Source: a virus. From it: a stretch of DNA of 64,000 nt. How positions within the stretch are numbered: position 1 is the first letter of the stretch; each line of letters opens with the position of its first letter. The position numbers and the translations under genes are program-made. Of this stretch, positions 44,122 through 53,769 are shown piece after piece. The notes under the pieces were generated by a model, which saw only the letters and a list, made by a program, of their open reading frames with translations, did no database searches and was not told the DNA's origin. The stretch spans positions 32,001-96,000 of the IMG/VR virus record IMGVR_UViG_3300017593_000402; one strand, given 5' to 3'.

Positions 44122-44562
44122 GTGAAAAGAGTTTTAATAGGAGTATTATTGTTGTTTTTAATGAACAGTTCTCTTTGCCTGGCGAAGAATCGGATTACTT
44201 GGCTTAGTTTGCTAAACAACAAGCATTTCTCTGCTGGTGAAGTTGTTTCCACTCGAGTCCTCGATCTTGATAAACTACGCGCTACAGGGTACTTTTCGTT
44301 ACAAGTGACGATTACTGGAGGAGGTGTTTACACTATTAAGGAGAAGTGCAGTCTCGATGAACAGTTTTTCAGAACCCCCGAAGGAGTCCCAGATATTGCG
44401 ACTGAGCTTACTTCTACTTCTGGTCCGGAGAGCGACGGCCATTTGTTTATACCAGTTGATTTGGGTGCAATGACGAAGTATTTGCAGTTTGAGGTGGTTG
44501 AAACTTCTGGGACTTCCGGAGGTACTGTAACAATTCTATTGGGGATAACTGTGGATCGATAA
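44122..44562 (+). CDS. Signal-peptide-bearing beta-sandwich protein
   Basis: KRVLIGVLLLFLMNSSLCLA Sec-type N-terminus. Confidence 0.6.
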   Translation: MKRVLIGVLLLFLMNSSLCLAKNRITWLSLLNNKHFSAGEVVSTRVLDLDKLRATGYFSLQVTITGGGVYTIKEKCSLDEQFFRTPEGVPDIATELTSTSGPESDGHLFIPVDLGAMTKYLQFEVVETSGTSGGTVTILLGITVDR

Positions 44563-44565
44563 GTG

Positions 44566-45039
44566 ATGGTCAGGAAAGTCCTTTCAATTAGTATATTGCT
44601 CTTGGCGATTTTTACAACAAGTGTTTGTGCTCAATGGGTGCGTAAACGTCAATTCGTCTCAGACTCTACAATTACTGTCGCGTGGAACGCTCCTATAGTG
44701 CTGTCTACAGGTGACCCGATTCCAACTGATGCTGTTTTAAAGTACCGGGTTTACATTCGAAGAGTTGGGTCTCCTCCGCGAGAGATTACTTCTGCTCCTA
44801 TTACAGAGACTCAATTTACGTTCGCTCCTCCTAAAGTTGACTTTTGTTTTATTGGTGTACGTGCAGTACTTTACGATTCTAACGGAGTTCAAATTAGTGA
44901 ATCACCTATCGCGTGGTCGTACGACCTTAGAGTAGCAGCTAATGGTCGTACGTTCGGGATGCGTAACTATTCCTCGAAGTTGATAACTATATTGGGGCGA
45001 AGACCTCGATGGGGCCAGCTTTGGCATCATCGATGGTAA
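44566..45039 (+). CDS. Signal-peptide-bearing Fn3-like protein
   Basis: RKVLSISILLLAIFTTSVCA; ITVAWNAP...YRVY...FIGVRA...ES. Confidence 0.6.
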   Translation: MVRKVLSISILLLAIFTTSVCAQWVRKRQFVSDSTITVAWNAPIVLSTGDPIPTDAVLKYRVYIRRVGSPPREITSAPITETQFTFAPPKVDFCFIGVRAVLYDSNGVQISESPIAWSYDLRVAANGRTFGMRNYSSKLITILGRRPRWGQLWHHRW

Positions 45040-45075
45040 AAAGCACACTAAATTCTAAAACAGGAGGTAGTTAAG

Positions 45076-45291
45076 ATGGAGATTAAACCAGGATACAAAA
45101 CTACTGAGTTTTGGGTAACTGTAACAGCGAAAGCAATTGCCCTGCTTGCGGCTCTAGGTGTGTTTACACCTGAGCAAGCTTCTGTGGTAACTCAAGCGAT
45201 TACTCAACTAGCCGGAGTAGTGGGAGTTGTAGCAGCTGCATTTGGCTACTCTCTGGCAAGAGGTTCTGCTAAGAAAGGGAGTCAACAATAG
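45076..45291 (+). CDS. Putative holin
   Basis: 71 aa, KPGYKTTEFW, two hydrophobic helices, YSLARG..K; near the endolysin. Confidence 0.65.
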   Translation: MEIKPGYKTTEFWVTVTAKAIALLAALGVFTPEQASVVTQAITQLAGVVGVVAAAFGYSLARGSAKKGSQQ

Positions 45292-45380
45292 AATACTAAC
45301 TCGCATTAGGGGGTAGAAGAGTGTTTACGAGGCTGGTGATCGCTTTAATCTTGTGCTTTTTTCGTGTTTGTTAGTCACGC

Positions 45381-45414
45381 TCTGGGAGTAGCACGTACTA
45401 GCGCCACTCCCAGA
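45381..45414. repeat. Inverted repeat / hairpin
   Basis: TCTGGGAGT ... ACTCCCAGA, a perfect 9-bp stem. Confidence 0.6.
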
Positions 45415-45547
45415 CCCGGTCCAGTAAGACCTACAGCACTTAGGGTACTTCATTAGGTGAGTCAGACCGCTTTGAATCATCGGCAGAGCTTTACACGAGG
45501 GTACAACTGTATTACAGCTATTATCTTCAATTGGGAGGTCCGAAAAA

Positions 45548-46090
45548 ATGGCCGAACTATTAGTCAAGTCTAGTGATACGACAAACCCCGATCCAATAAA
45601 AGATTTACGCGGATGCTACAAAAAGGGTGACGTTGTAGTTGTGAAGCCAGATGGATGGAAATGGGGGAAAGAAGAGTTGAACAAGAATAAGTTCTACATT
45701 CTGTGTGTGCCTGACAAAGAAGTCGATGAATTAAAGTTTTTGACAAAGGAAGATGAAATTGTGCTGGGAAATCGGTACATTGCTGAGTCTCCTGAATTAG
45801 GAGTAATGGCAGAAGGTCCTGATGCAGAGACAGCATCTAAGACTTGCCAAACCCTAGCTGATGCTGTTCTGAAGAGATTACAAGACCACGATTTATCTCC
45901 TAGTTACCAAATCGTAACAAGAATAGAACCTATCAGACACGTTGTGGCCAGGCGCAGACATAGGATCAACATTGAAGATATTGAGGACATCCTACAAAGT
46001 GAGGTAGTTGCTGAAGTAACCAGTGACAAAATCAGCGTAACAGACAAACCTCAGAAAATATCAGCAACCTTAGCGAAGCTGGCTAAGTAA
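45548..46090 (+). CDS. Hypothetical virion-associated protein with HicB-like segment
   Basis: YKKGDVVVVKPDGWKWGKEE; internal YIAESPELGVMAEGPDAETA. Confidence 0.55.
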   Translation: MAELLVKSSDTTNPDPIKDLRGCYKKGDVVVVKPDGWKWGKEELNKNKFYILCVPDKEVDELKFLTKEDEIVLGNRYIAESPELGVMAEGPDAETASKTCQTLADAVLKRLQDHDLSPSYQIVTRIEPIRHVVARRRHRINIEDIEDILQSEVVAEVTSDKISVTDKPQKISATLAKLAK

Positions 46091-46091
46091 A

Positions 46092-48185
46092 ATGGCAACT
46101 GAAGTTGTAAAGATAGTCGATACAGGAGGAAGTGGAGATTACTCATCTCTAGCTGCTTGGGAAGCAGACTTCGGGAGCTGTACCCAGTCGAACTACCCTT
46201 CTATGTCTGGAGACGGTGACCTTGTGGGAGCGGACTTGATCGCTGTTGCTGATTGTAGGTGTTCAACTGGGGATGAGGATGATAGTGCAGTTACTATTGA
46301 TGGATGGACTTCTGTAGACTCGGATCACTACATTAGGATTTGGACCGATCCAGATCAGGGGTACAGACACCCAGGGAAATGGGATGACACAAAGTACAGG
46401 CTTGTGCTCTCCGAAGGAACTATTTTTGACATACAAGAAGAGTATGTGAGACTTATTGGCTTACAGATGAAAGGAACGAGATCGACAGGGTCTCAGTTGT
46501 TGATACATACATATTACACAAGCCGTTATCTGCGGGTCGAAAAATGTATCCTCTGTAGAGAGAATGCTGGTGGAACAGTAAATACTGGAATTGGTTGTGA
46601 TAATTCTGCTGTACAAATTTATTTGGTCAATAATCTTTTTTATGACATACCTCAATATGCCATTCGTGGAAACGACTATTACTACTTATACAACAATACT
46701 ATTATCAACTGTGGTACTGGTGTAGATGGTGGATCATCAGGGTATTGCAGAGCTATCAACAACATTGTTGACTGTACTACTTGTTTTGTTGGGACTTTTG
46801 ATTCATCTTCTGATTACAACGTATCTTCAGATAATACAGCTCCAGGGCCAAATTCAATCCACAACGCTACAGTTACTTTTGTAGATGCAGCTAATGATGA
46901 CTTCCATCTAGATGCTTCTGATACAGTAGCACGAGACGCAGGTACTGACCTTTCATCCGATCCATATTTAGCTTTCACTGACGACATAGACGGCGAGACC
47001 CGCTCTGCACCTTGGGACATTGGAGCAGATGAGTATGTGAGTGGAGGAGGTGAGATCGTTGTAATATCTGATAATGGCTCTGGTTCTGATTCTTTGCTCC
47101 AGATAACAACGTTACTTTCTATAAATGATACTGGAACGGGTTTAGATTCTACTCCCAACCTCCAAGCTTCTTTGGACCTTTCTGAGCAAGGGTCAGGGGC
47201 TGATTTTTTATCCCAGCTTTCAGCTTTGTTAAATATAAATGATTCTGGTTTTGGGGAAGATAATTTACCTTCTATACCTGTTTCAGCTTTTGTATCAGAT
47301 ACTGGCACTGCTTCTGATTCTATTTCTTCTTTGACCGTTACTTTTTCAATTTCCGATGCAGGAGTAGGCTCAGATAGCCTTTCAGTATTAAAGGAACTTC
47401 TTAAAACCATTTCTGATTCAGGCATCGCTTCTGATCTAATAGCTTCTGTTACTGTAAATGTGTCTGTTCCTGATTTTACGTTAGGCCAAGACAATATAAG
47501 CGGTATATCAGCAACTTTGACATTGTCAGACACAGCGTCTGGGTTAGACGCAATAATAGTTTTAAAAGAGCTTTTAAAACAAGTTATTGATAGTGGATTG
47601 GGAGCGGACAGTGTTTCTTATTTAAACGTATCTTTTGGTCTATCTGATACTGGCAAAGGCAACGATATTTTATCTTCTATTTCTGCTAGGATTCCTATAT
47701 CAGACTTTGGTTTCGCTGTAGATGTAATTTCTGTTTTAACAGAAATAATCAAAAGTATATCCGAATCAGGGCAAGGCACAGACTCGCTTTCTTCTATTTC
47801 CGCAAATTTAGGTGTGACAGATGGTGCAATTGGGACCGATTCTGTTGGAATAAATGTATTTTTAACTGTTTCTGATGTTGCAACTTCAGCGGAAATTTTA
47901 ACGATAGCCAAAACTGCTCTAAAAGTAATAACTGATGGTGGAGTAGGATTAGACATATTAAGTAGTGTTGTAGTTAATGTTCCAGTTAAGGATTATGGGC
48001 AAGGACTTGATCTTATTACGCAAATAATTACAATATTATCTATAATTGACTTAGGAGTTGCTACTGATGTAATTTTAAGATATGATACTGCTGTTAAGTT
48101 AGTTAGTATCTCTTTTAGGCTTAAGAAATCAAATATTGAGTTTGGGCTTAGAACTAATGAAATTGAGTTTAAACTTTACACTTAG
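46092..48185 (+). CDS. Fibre/spike-like protein: right-handed beta-helix domain + repeat stalk
   Basis: GDYSSLAAWEA, YNNTIINC, DFHL, DIDGETR..WDIGADEY, then ~18 repeats. Confidence 0.7.
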   Translation: MATEVVKIVDTGGSGDYSSLAAWEADFGSCTQSNYPSMSGDGDLVGADLIAVADCRCSTGDEDDSAVTIDGWTSVDSDHYIRIWTDPDQGYRHPGKWDDTKYRLVLSEGTIFDIQEEYVRLIGLQMKGTRSTGSQLLIHTYYTSRYLRVEKCILCRENAGGTVNTGIGCDNSAVQIYLVNNLFYDIPQYAIRGNDYYYLYNNTIINCGTGVDGGSSGYCRAINNIVDCTTCFVGTFDSSSDYNVSSDNTAPGPNSIHNATVTFVDAANDDFHLDASDTVARDAGTDLSSDPYLAFTDDIDGETRSAPWDIGADEYVSGGGEIVVISDNGSGSDSLLQITTLLSINDTGTGLDSTPNLQASLDLSEQGSGADFLSQLSALLNINDSGFGEDNLPSIPVSAFVSDTGTASDSISSLTVTFSISDAGVGSDSLSVLKELLKTISDSGIASDLIASVTVNVSVPDFTLGQDNISGISATLTLSDTASGLDAIIVLKELLKQVIDSGLGADSVSYLNVSFGLSDTGKGNDILSSISARIPISDFGFAVDVISVLTEIIKSISESGQGTDSLSSISANLGVTDGAIGTDSVGINVFLTVSDVATSAEILTIAKTALKVITDGGVGLDILSSVVVNVPVKDYGQGLDLITQIITILSIIDLGVATDVILRYDTAVKLVSISFRLKKSNIEFGLRTNEIEFKLYT
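47064..48070 (+). repeat. ~18 tandem ~19-aa protein repeats (SDxGxGxD)
   Basis: SDNGSGSDS, NDTGTGLDS, SEQGSGADF, NDSGFGEDN ... IDLGVATDV. Confidence 0.8.
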
Positions 48186-48194
48186 GAGGCAATT

Positions 48195-48710
48195 ATGGTC
48201 GTAGAAAAAGGCGGACACAAAAGTAAGTGGATAATAACTCGTTATCCTAATGAAGAGGCTTTTAAAAATAAAACCCCTAGTCCAGTAATAGATGCTGAAG
48301 GCCGAGAGTTACCCGCAGTTTCGGTTGTTGAGGGTAATATTTTATTGAATGTAGGTATTGGCGAGATGTGGGATTTGATTTGCGGTCTAGGTTCTCCTAC
48401 TGCTTATGATAATACTAATGCTGAGTTAGGAGTAGGAAACGGAACAACTGCTGCTGATGCTTCTCAGACAGATTTGCAAGGAAGTAGCACTGCTTGGCAA
48501 TCAATGGCAACAGGATACCCACAACGTTCTGGTCAAACAGTGACTTTTAGGGCTGAGTTTGATGGAAGTACAGCTAATTTTAGTTGGCAAGAGTTCGCTG
48601 TGAGGAATGGTTCTACAGCTAACAAGTTGATGAATAGGAAAGTAGAAGATCAGGGAACAAAAGCTTCGGGCCAAGTGTGGACTCTTGAGCTTCAAATAAC
48701 TTTGTCATAG
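48195..48710 (+). CDS. Fibre-anchoring type structural protein
   Basis: NILLNVG...LGVGNGTTAA..SQTDL...ANFSWQEFAV...LMNRKV. Confidence 0.55.
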   Translation: MVVEKGGHKSKWIITRYPNEEAFKNKTPSPVIDAEGRELPAVSVVEGNILLNVGIGEMWDLICGLGSPTAYDNTNAELGVGNGTTAADASQTDLQGSSTAWQSMATGYPQRSGQTVTFRAEFDGSTANFSWQEFAVRNGSTANKLMNRKVEDQGTKASGQVWTLELQITLS

Positions 48711-48717
48711 AGGGTTT

Positions 48718-49035
48718 ATGAAAAATATAATAAACGAAAATAGCACAGCCTATTTATCTCTGACTTTCAAGAACAAAGAAGGGGAAGTAGAAAGCCCTCA
48801 GGCTGTGACTTATAGTATTCATTGTTTGACTAACGACATAGAAATAAGAGGAGATACTTCGGTGTCTCCAGGGCCTTCAATTGAAATTGTTTTGTCTCCT
48901 ACTGAGAATAGAATTATTGATCCTAATAATAAATATGAACGCCGTTTAGTTACTGTTACAGCTACTTATGGTCCTGATGAGAAAATAACTGGGCAGTATG
49001 AGTATAAGGTTTTGAATTTGAAATATATTTCGTAG
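48718..49035 (+). CDS. Small beta-sandwich hypothetical structural protein
   Basis: 105 aa with RBS; alternating beta pattern. Confidence 0.5.
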   Translation: MKNIINENSTAYLSLTFKNKEGEVESPQAVTYSIHCLTNDIEIRGDTSVSPGPSIEIVLSPTENRIIDPNNKYERRLVTVTATYGPDEKITGQYEYKVLNLKYIS

Positions 49036-49069
49036 TATGTTAATAACTTATTAGCTAATAGGAGGTTTT

Positions 49070-49999
49070 ATGCCAGTACCAATCGCAGTAAAAAAACAAG
49101 CAGATAAAGCAAGAGACCTTGAGAAAAAATTACTTGATAAAGACAAGGATGATAATAAGGACGATAAGCCTCAGACAGGCGAACCTACTCAACCAGAACC
49201 TTCTTCTACAGGTTCTCAATCTTCTTCAGAACCTGCAACGCCTGCTGAACCTGAACCTAAACCAGAACCTTCTTCTGACGTATGGGAACAGAGATATAAG
49301 ACTTTACAAGGTAAATACAATGCAGAAATTGGAAGATTACAGGATGTGCTAAAGACAATGCAGGCCGAAAACGAATTTCTTAAAGGCAAATTGGCTACTC
49401 TAGAAGATATGGTTAAAACTCAATCTGTGTCTAATCCTCCTGCTCCTTCTCAGCAGGAAGACCCTTTGGCTGTTATTAAGGATACATTGCCTGAAGTATA
49501 TGATGCTCTTATTAAGTATACGTCTCAATTTGTTAAGAAAGATGAAATTCCTGATATAGAAAAAACGGTTGAAAATAAAGTTCAGCCACTTGTTCAAAGT
49601 ACGTTTCAGGCTACATTAGCAAGTCTTGTACCCGATTGGGAGACACTGAACACTGACCCTGATTTTATTGAGTGGCTTCAGCGTCCAGCCCCCTATTCGG
49701 ACAAGACTTTGCATGAGTTAATGTTGGAATATTTTAATCAAGGTGATGCTCATAAAGTAGCTCAATTTTTCTTAGATTATAAGAAAGAAAAACAGGCTAC
49801 TAGCCAGCCCTCGGCTAACGTTGCACCTCCGAGGAGACAGGCTGCCGTAACACAACCGCAGAGTCCCAGACTGATAAAGCGGGACGAGATAGTTCAGTTT
49901 TATAGGGATGCTGCGTTAGGCAGGTACTCTCCTGAACAAAAAACTCAAATGGAGGCCGAGTTTATAAAGGCCATCCGAGAAAATCGTGTGATAGATTAG
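49070..49999 (+). CDS. Capsid scaffolding protein B
   Basis: Pro/Glu-rich N-terminus, WEQRYKTLQGKYNAE coiled coil, VPDWETLNTDPDFIEWL; directly upstream of MCP B. Confidence 0.75.
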   Translation: MPVPIAVKKQADKARDLEKKLLDKDKDDNKDDKPQTGEPTQPEPSSTGSQSSSEPATPAEPEPKPEPSSDVWEQRYKTLQGKYNAEIGRLQDVLKTMQAENEFLKGKLATLEDMVKTQSVSNPPAPSQQEDPLAVIKDTLPEVYDALIKYTSQFVKKDEIPDIEKTVENKVQPLVQSTFQATLASLVPDWETLNTDPDFIEWLQRPAPYSDKTLHELMLEYFNQGDAHKVAQFFLDYKKEKQATSQPSANVAPPRRQAAVTQPQSPRLIKRDEIVQFYRDAALGRYSPEQKTQMEAEFIKAIRENRVID

Positions 50000-50009
50000 G
50001 AGGTCAACT

Positions 50010-50930
50010 ATGCCAGTTGCAAAAGTGCCAGGTTATCCTGATTATAATGCTACCAAGAATATTCCTGTAATTTTTGCAGGAAAAACCCTTGAGAAATTTT
50101 ATGAAGCTAGCACTGTGGCTAACATTTCGTCTGTGGATTATGTAGGCGAAGTTAAAAACGTCGGGGATACAGTCTATATCAGGACTGTTCCTAATATTAC
50201 TATTAAGGATTACAAAAAAGGCCAGAAACTTGATCTAGAATATCCTGAAAGCCCTTATGTAGAATTTTCAATTAATAAGGCCAAGTACTATAACTTTGCT
50301 TTGGATGATATTGATATTAAGCAGTTCGATCTGAAAATGATGGGCAAATATGCGGACGATGCTGCGGAACAGCTTAAGATTACTCAGGATACTGAAGTCT
50401 TTGCTACTATTTATGCGGATGTGGACGATGCTAATCAGGGAAGTTCTGCAGGAGCTAAAACTGGAAAGTTCAATCTCGGAACGACTGGTTCCCCTGTTAC
50501 GCTGACTAAGGATAATATTATTGATTACATAGTGGACTGCGGAACTGTTCTTGATGAGCAGAATAGACCTTCTACTGATAGGTTTATAGTTATGCCTCCG
50601 CATATTGCTGGACTGATTAAAAAATCTGACCTTAAAGATGCTTCTCTGACTGGAGACGCTAAGTCTATTCTCCGAAGCGGATTGATAGGCTCCATTGACC
50701 GTTTTGACATTTATATTTCTAATTTGCTGCCTATTGTGAATGATGGTGGGACAAATTGTACTTATATTTACTTTGGCCATAAATCTGCTTTGGTGTTTGT
50801 TACGCAGTTAACCAGAGAAGAAATGTATAGGCCCCAGGACACATTTGCCGAAGCTATGAAAGGTTTGGTGGTGTATGATTTTGCTGTTATTCAGCCTGGA
50901 AGTCTCGGCGTATTGTATGTTGAAGTTTAA
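50010..50930 (+). CDS. Major capsid protein B (podovirus-type, P22 coat-like family)
   Basis: IPVIFAGKTLEKFY...DYVGEVKNVGDTVYIRTVP, LDEQNRP..DRFIV.PP, GLIGSIDRFDIYISN, FAEAMKGLVVY. Confidence 0.88.
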   Translation: MPVAKVPGYPDYNATKNIPVIFAGKTLEKFYEASTVANISSVDYVGEVKNVGDTVYIRTVPNITIKDYKKGQKLDLEYPESPYVEFSINKAKYYNFALDDIDIKQFDLKMMGKYADDAAEQLKITQDTEVFATIYADVDDANQGSSAGAKTGKFNLGTTGSPVTLTKDNIIDYIVDCGTVLDEQNRPSTDRFIVMPPHIAGLIKKSDLKDASLTGDAKSILRSGLIGSIDRFDIYISNLLPIVNDGGTNCTYIYFGHKSALVFVTQLTREEMYRPQDTFAEAMKGLVVYDFAVIQPGSLGVLYVEV

Positions 50931-50947
50931 TTTAGGAGGTAAGACAA

Positions 50948-51385
50948 ATGGCTACTATTAACGGGCTTGGCGGACACTCGGCTGCGGTCCCTTTTAAGGG
51001 ATCAGGAGCAGCCTTTGTATTGGAAAATATAATTGATTTGGATGCTCTTAACATAGCTAGCGGCGATGTTGTACAGGCTCTCCCTGTTAAAGCAGGAATG
51101 AGAATTCTTCTTGTTGAAACTGAAATTGTTACTCCTTCAGACGCTGCTACATCAGCTACGGCTGATATTGGAGATGGAGATGATACTGATGGTTTTGACG
51201 CTTCTGTGGACCTCAAAGCAAGTGCGGGCACTATAGTATGTACTGCTATAGGCACAGATGCTTATGGTACGTCTGGGAAACGCTATACAGGCTCAGACAC
51301 TATTGACCTTACTGTTACGTATTCTGGTGCTGTTACTGTGAAAGGTAAGGTAAAAATTCGGGCACTTGGCTTTATGATGGAATAA
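50948..51385 (+). CDS. Capsid decoration/cement-like protein
   Basis: Small Ala/Gly/Thr-rich beta protein between MCP B and a terminator. Confidence 0.6.
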   Translation: MATINGLGGHSAAVPFKGSGAAFVLENIIDLDALNIASGDVVQALPVKAGMRILLVETEIVTPSDAATSATADIGDGDDTDGFDASVDLKASAGTIVCTAIGTDAYGTSGKRYTGSDTIDLTVTYSGAVTVKGKVKIRALGFMME

Positions 51386-51387
51386 GA

Positions 51388-51415
51388 TAAAGGGGGCTTA
51401 GTGCCCCCTTTTATT
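51388..51415 (+). terminator. Rho-independent terminator
   Basis: AAGGGGGC-TTAGT-GCCCCCTT followed by TTATT. Confidence 0.75.
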
Positions 51416-51431
51416 AGGTTTGGAGGTAGGG

Positions 51432-51632
51432 ATGCGCAAGTTAAAACAGATTACAACAGGGCGAATTTATATTTACACTGAAGCCTTAGCTAAACGTAAA
51501 GATATGGTCTTGATTGAAGATTCTCCAAAACCGAAGAAAGTTAAAAGAAAAGTGAACAAAAAAGTGAAAAAGACTGATGATAAACTTTTTAATGAACTTT
51601 TGCTAGATTCAAAAGAAGATGAACAGAAGTGA
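51432..51632 (+). CDS. Small Lys-rich hypothetical protein
   Basis: RBS GGAGG before ATG 51432; GRIYIYTEALAKRKDM. Confidence 0.6.
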   Translation: MRKLKQITTGRIYIYTEALAKRKDMVLIEDSPKPKKVKRKVNKKVKKTDDKLFNELLLDSKEDEQK

Positions 51633-52239
51633 GCTTGTTCAAAGAGTAAGAGAGCTTTTGTTTGACACAGAAATTCCTTATCTGTGGGGAGATTCTGATT
51701 TGGAGTTTTATTATTATCTTTCTGTAAGGGAGATGTGCCGACGCACTCTTCTTTACAGAAAGACTTTTGATCCTATTTTGTCTGTGGCCAATCAGTATAT
51801 ATATGATTATCCAAATCAGCTTATTTTGCCTTTAGAAATTACTTACGACGGAAATGATTTGACTAAGATTGATTATAACAGAATAAAATCCGTTCGTGGC
51901 ACTGTAGGCACAGTTAAGTATTATTGCTTGGATTTTGCTCCTAAACAGATTGTTCTTCATATGACACCAAGCGAATCTGATAAGGAAATAGTTATTTATG
52001 GAGCTGCGATTCCAGATTCTAAGGCTATTGAATCAGCTATTCCAGATGAATATACTGATTATTTAATATATGGAATGTTAATGTTTGCTTTTCAGAAAGC
52101 GGATTCTGAAACAGTTAGCCCGTTTGCTGCTAAGTATGAAACTTTGTGGAATGCGTATATTGAAAAAATTAATCGAGAATTAGACAGGAACAAGTATGTT
52201 CCTTTATCCCAAACTCTTGTGCATCCTGGTTTGTTGTGA
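51619..52239 (+). CDS. Head-tail adaptor (podovirus tail tubular A-like)
   Basis: ELVQRVRELLFD...YLWGDSDL, IPDEYTDYLIYG...AFQKAD.E. Confidence 0.7.
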   Translation: MNRSELVQRVRELLFDTEIPYLWGDSDLEFYYYLSVREMCRRTLLYRKTFDPILSVANQYIYDYPNQLILPLEITYDGNDLTKIDYNRIKSVRGTVGTVKYYCLDFAPKQIVLHMTPSESDKEIVIYGAAIPDSKAIESAIPDEYTDYLIYGMLMFAFQKADSETVSPFAAKYETLWNAYIEKINRELDRNKYVPLSQTLVHPGLL

Positions 52240-52937
52240 AACCATTATTTCAAACAGAGTTGTTTTTAGGAGAAGTACAAACTACTCCTAAATTTGTGGT
52301 GGTGTCTAGAAAGACACCTCTTCCTCTTTTAATTAATGGCTTGCCTACCGATTCGGGTTCTCTCAAGGCTCAGGATTTAACAGGATTGCAATTTGTTGGA
52401 GAAGCACACGCTCCGCCTTTGTCTTTACTTTTTGTCTGTTTAGGTAGGCAATGGAAAGTAGAAGGTAATCGTCTTTACTATAGTCCTCCTTTTACTTCTC
52501 TAAACTTAGAAGGCGGAGAGCATTATGAGGATGACTCTACAAAGGCTATTACTTTTAATCATTTAATAAATGCTGTAAGCATAAGCCCTACTGGGTTGGT
52601 ATGCAAATGGGCTTTATATGTATCGACTACAGAAGCTGTTTATGAGATAAAATTTCAGGGTACTAAGCCTTTGATTCAGAGAATAATTAGTTCTCCAGCT
52701 TTAGGTTCTATAGGTGTAGGCGTTCTGGAGAGGCCTATGTCAGACAGCCTTCCTTCAGGAACCCAGATAGTTATTATTCCTACGCATAAAGGAATTTTTA
52801 TTGCTACTGACGGTGGAACACTGCCATTGACTGAGAGACACCCCAATGTATTGTCAAATTTTGATTATGTACATATTGCCTTTAGTATTAATGATTATGG
52901 GCAGTATTTAGTATTTTTAGATGCTTTGAAAAAGTGA
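52236..52937 (+). CDS. Hypothetical tail protein (short; at the nozzle gene position)
   Basis: Coupled to the adaptor; GNRLYYSPP and THKGIFIATDGG beta-propeller-like pieces. Confidence 0.45.
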   Translation: MKPLFQTELFLGEVQTTPKFVVVSRKTPLPLLINGLPTDSGSLKAQDLTGLQFVGEAHAPPLSLLFVCLGRQWKVEGNRLYYSPPFTSLNLEGGEHYEDDSTKAITFNHLINAVSISPTGLVCKWALYVSTTEAVYEIKFQGTKPLIQRIISSPALGSIGVGVLERPMSDSLPSGTQIVIIPTHKGIFIATDGGTLPLTERHPNVLSNFDYVHIAFSINDYGQYLVFLDALKK

Positions 52938-52965
52938 AAACGTTTTCATTTTTGGAGGTGATTCA

Positions 52966-53769
52966 ATGGGAAATGTAAAGATTTCAACGGGAATGGCCAA
53001 GGCTTTGGCAGTAAGAGACAATTTAAAAAGCTTAATGACAGATTGTGTGCTTCAGATATTTAGTGGTTCTGTTCCTAATTCTGCTGATGACGCTGAAACT
53101 GGTAGTTTGTTGGTAACTATTACTACTGACGGCAATAGTTGGTCGGCCAGTGAAAGGCAAGTGATGAATTTTAGCATTACTGCAGTTGGTAACAGTGGAG
53201 ATACTCTAACAATTACTATCAGCCCTGTAATTCCTTCTGGTACTAATGAAGTTATTCAATATACTAAGTCTGATTCTGAATCTACAGTAAATGAAGTAGC
53301 CAAAGCGGTAGTCGATTTAATAAATGCTAATTCGGAATTAGTTGATGCCGTTGTAGGTTCAAATGGTGAAGTTATTTTAGTATCCAAATATGCAGGGGAT
53401 AGTTTTTCTGTGACTGCTGTGCCTAGTGGAAGTTTGACTGTAAGTGCTGTGAGTGAATTGGTAACAAATGTTAGAGGAAATGGTTTGCATTTTGAGTCTC
53501 CACAAAATGTGGACAATGGTATACTTCAAAAAACTGATGAGACTTGGAAAGGAACAGTGTCTGCGTCAGGCACTGCTTCTTATTTTAGATTAAAAGCTAT
53601 TACAGATGCTGGGGCACAGGATAGTTCTGGTGTTTATAAGAGAATTCAAGGTACAGTGGGGACTTTGTCTGATTCACCTTTGCAATTGTCTGGAAGTTCT
53701 ACACTAACTAAAGATACGACAATAACAATAGGCTCGTTTTCTATACAAATTCCTTTGGCTAATGCTTAA
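52966..53769 (+). CDS. Virion structural protein (paralog 1, central insert)
   Basis: KISTG...LQIFSGSVP.SADDAETG.LLVTIT...SGTASYFRL...RIQGTVGT. Confidence 0.65.
   Translation: MGNVKISTGMAKALAVRDNLKSLMTDCVLQIFSGSVPNSADDAETGSLLVTITTDGNSWSASERQVMNFSITAVGNSGDTLTITISPVIPSGTNEVIQYTKSDSESTVNEVAKAVVDLINANSELVDAVVGSNGEVILVSKYAGDSFSVTAVPSGSLTVSAVSELVTNVRGNGLHFESPQNVDNGILQKTDETWKGTVSASGTASYFRLKAITDAGAQDSSGVYKRIQGTVGTLSDSPLQLSGSSTLTKDTTITIGSFSIQIPLANA

Noticed and set aside
46814-47956. Long antisense ORFs (239 and 112 aa), and similar ones opposite the portal, tape measure and capsid genes
   Set aside because: Shadows of biased sense-strand codon use; no RBS or motifs
47064-48070. Possible CRISPR-like or DNA tandem array
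   Set aside because: Periodicity is at the protein level only; the nucleotides are diverged
53150-53480. Tail-sheath-like segment suggesting a contractile tail
   Set aside because: Only a short insert in a small protein; no full sheath or baseplate wedge genes seen
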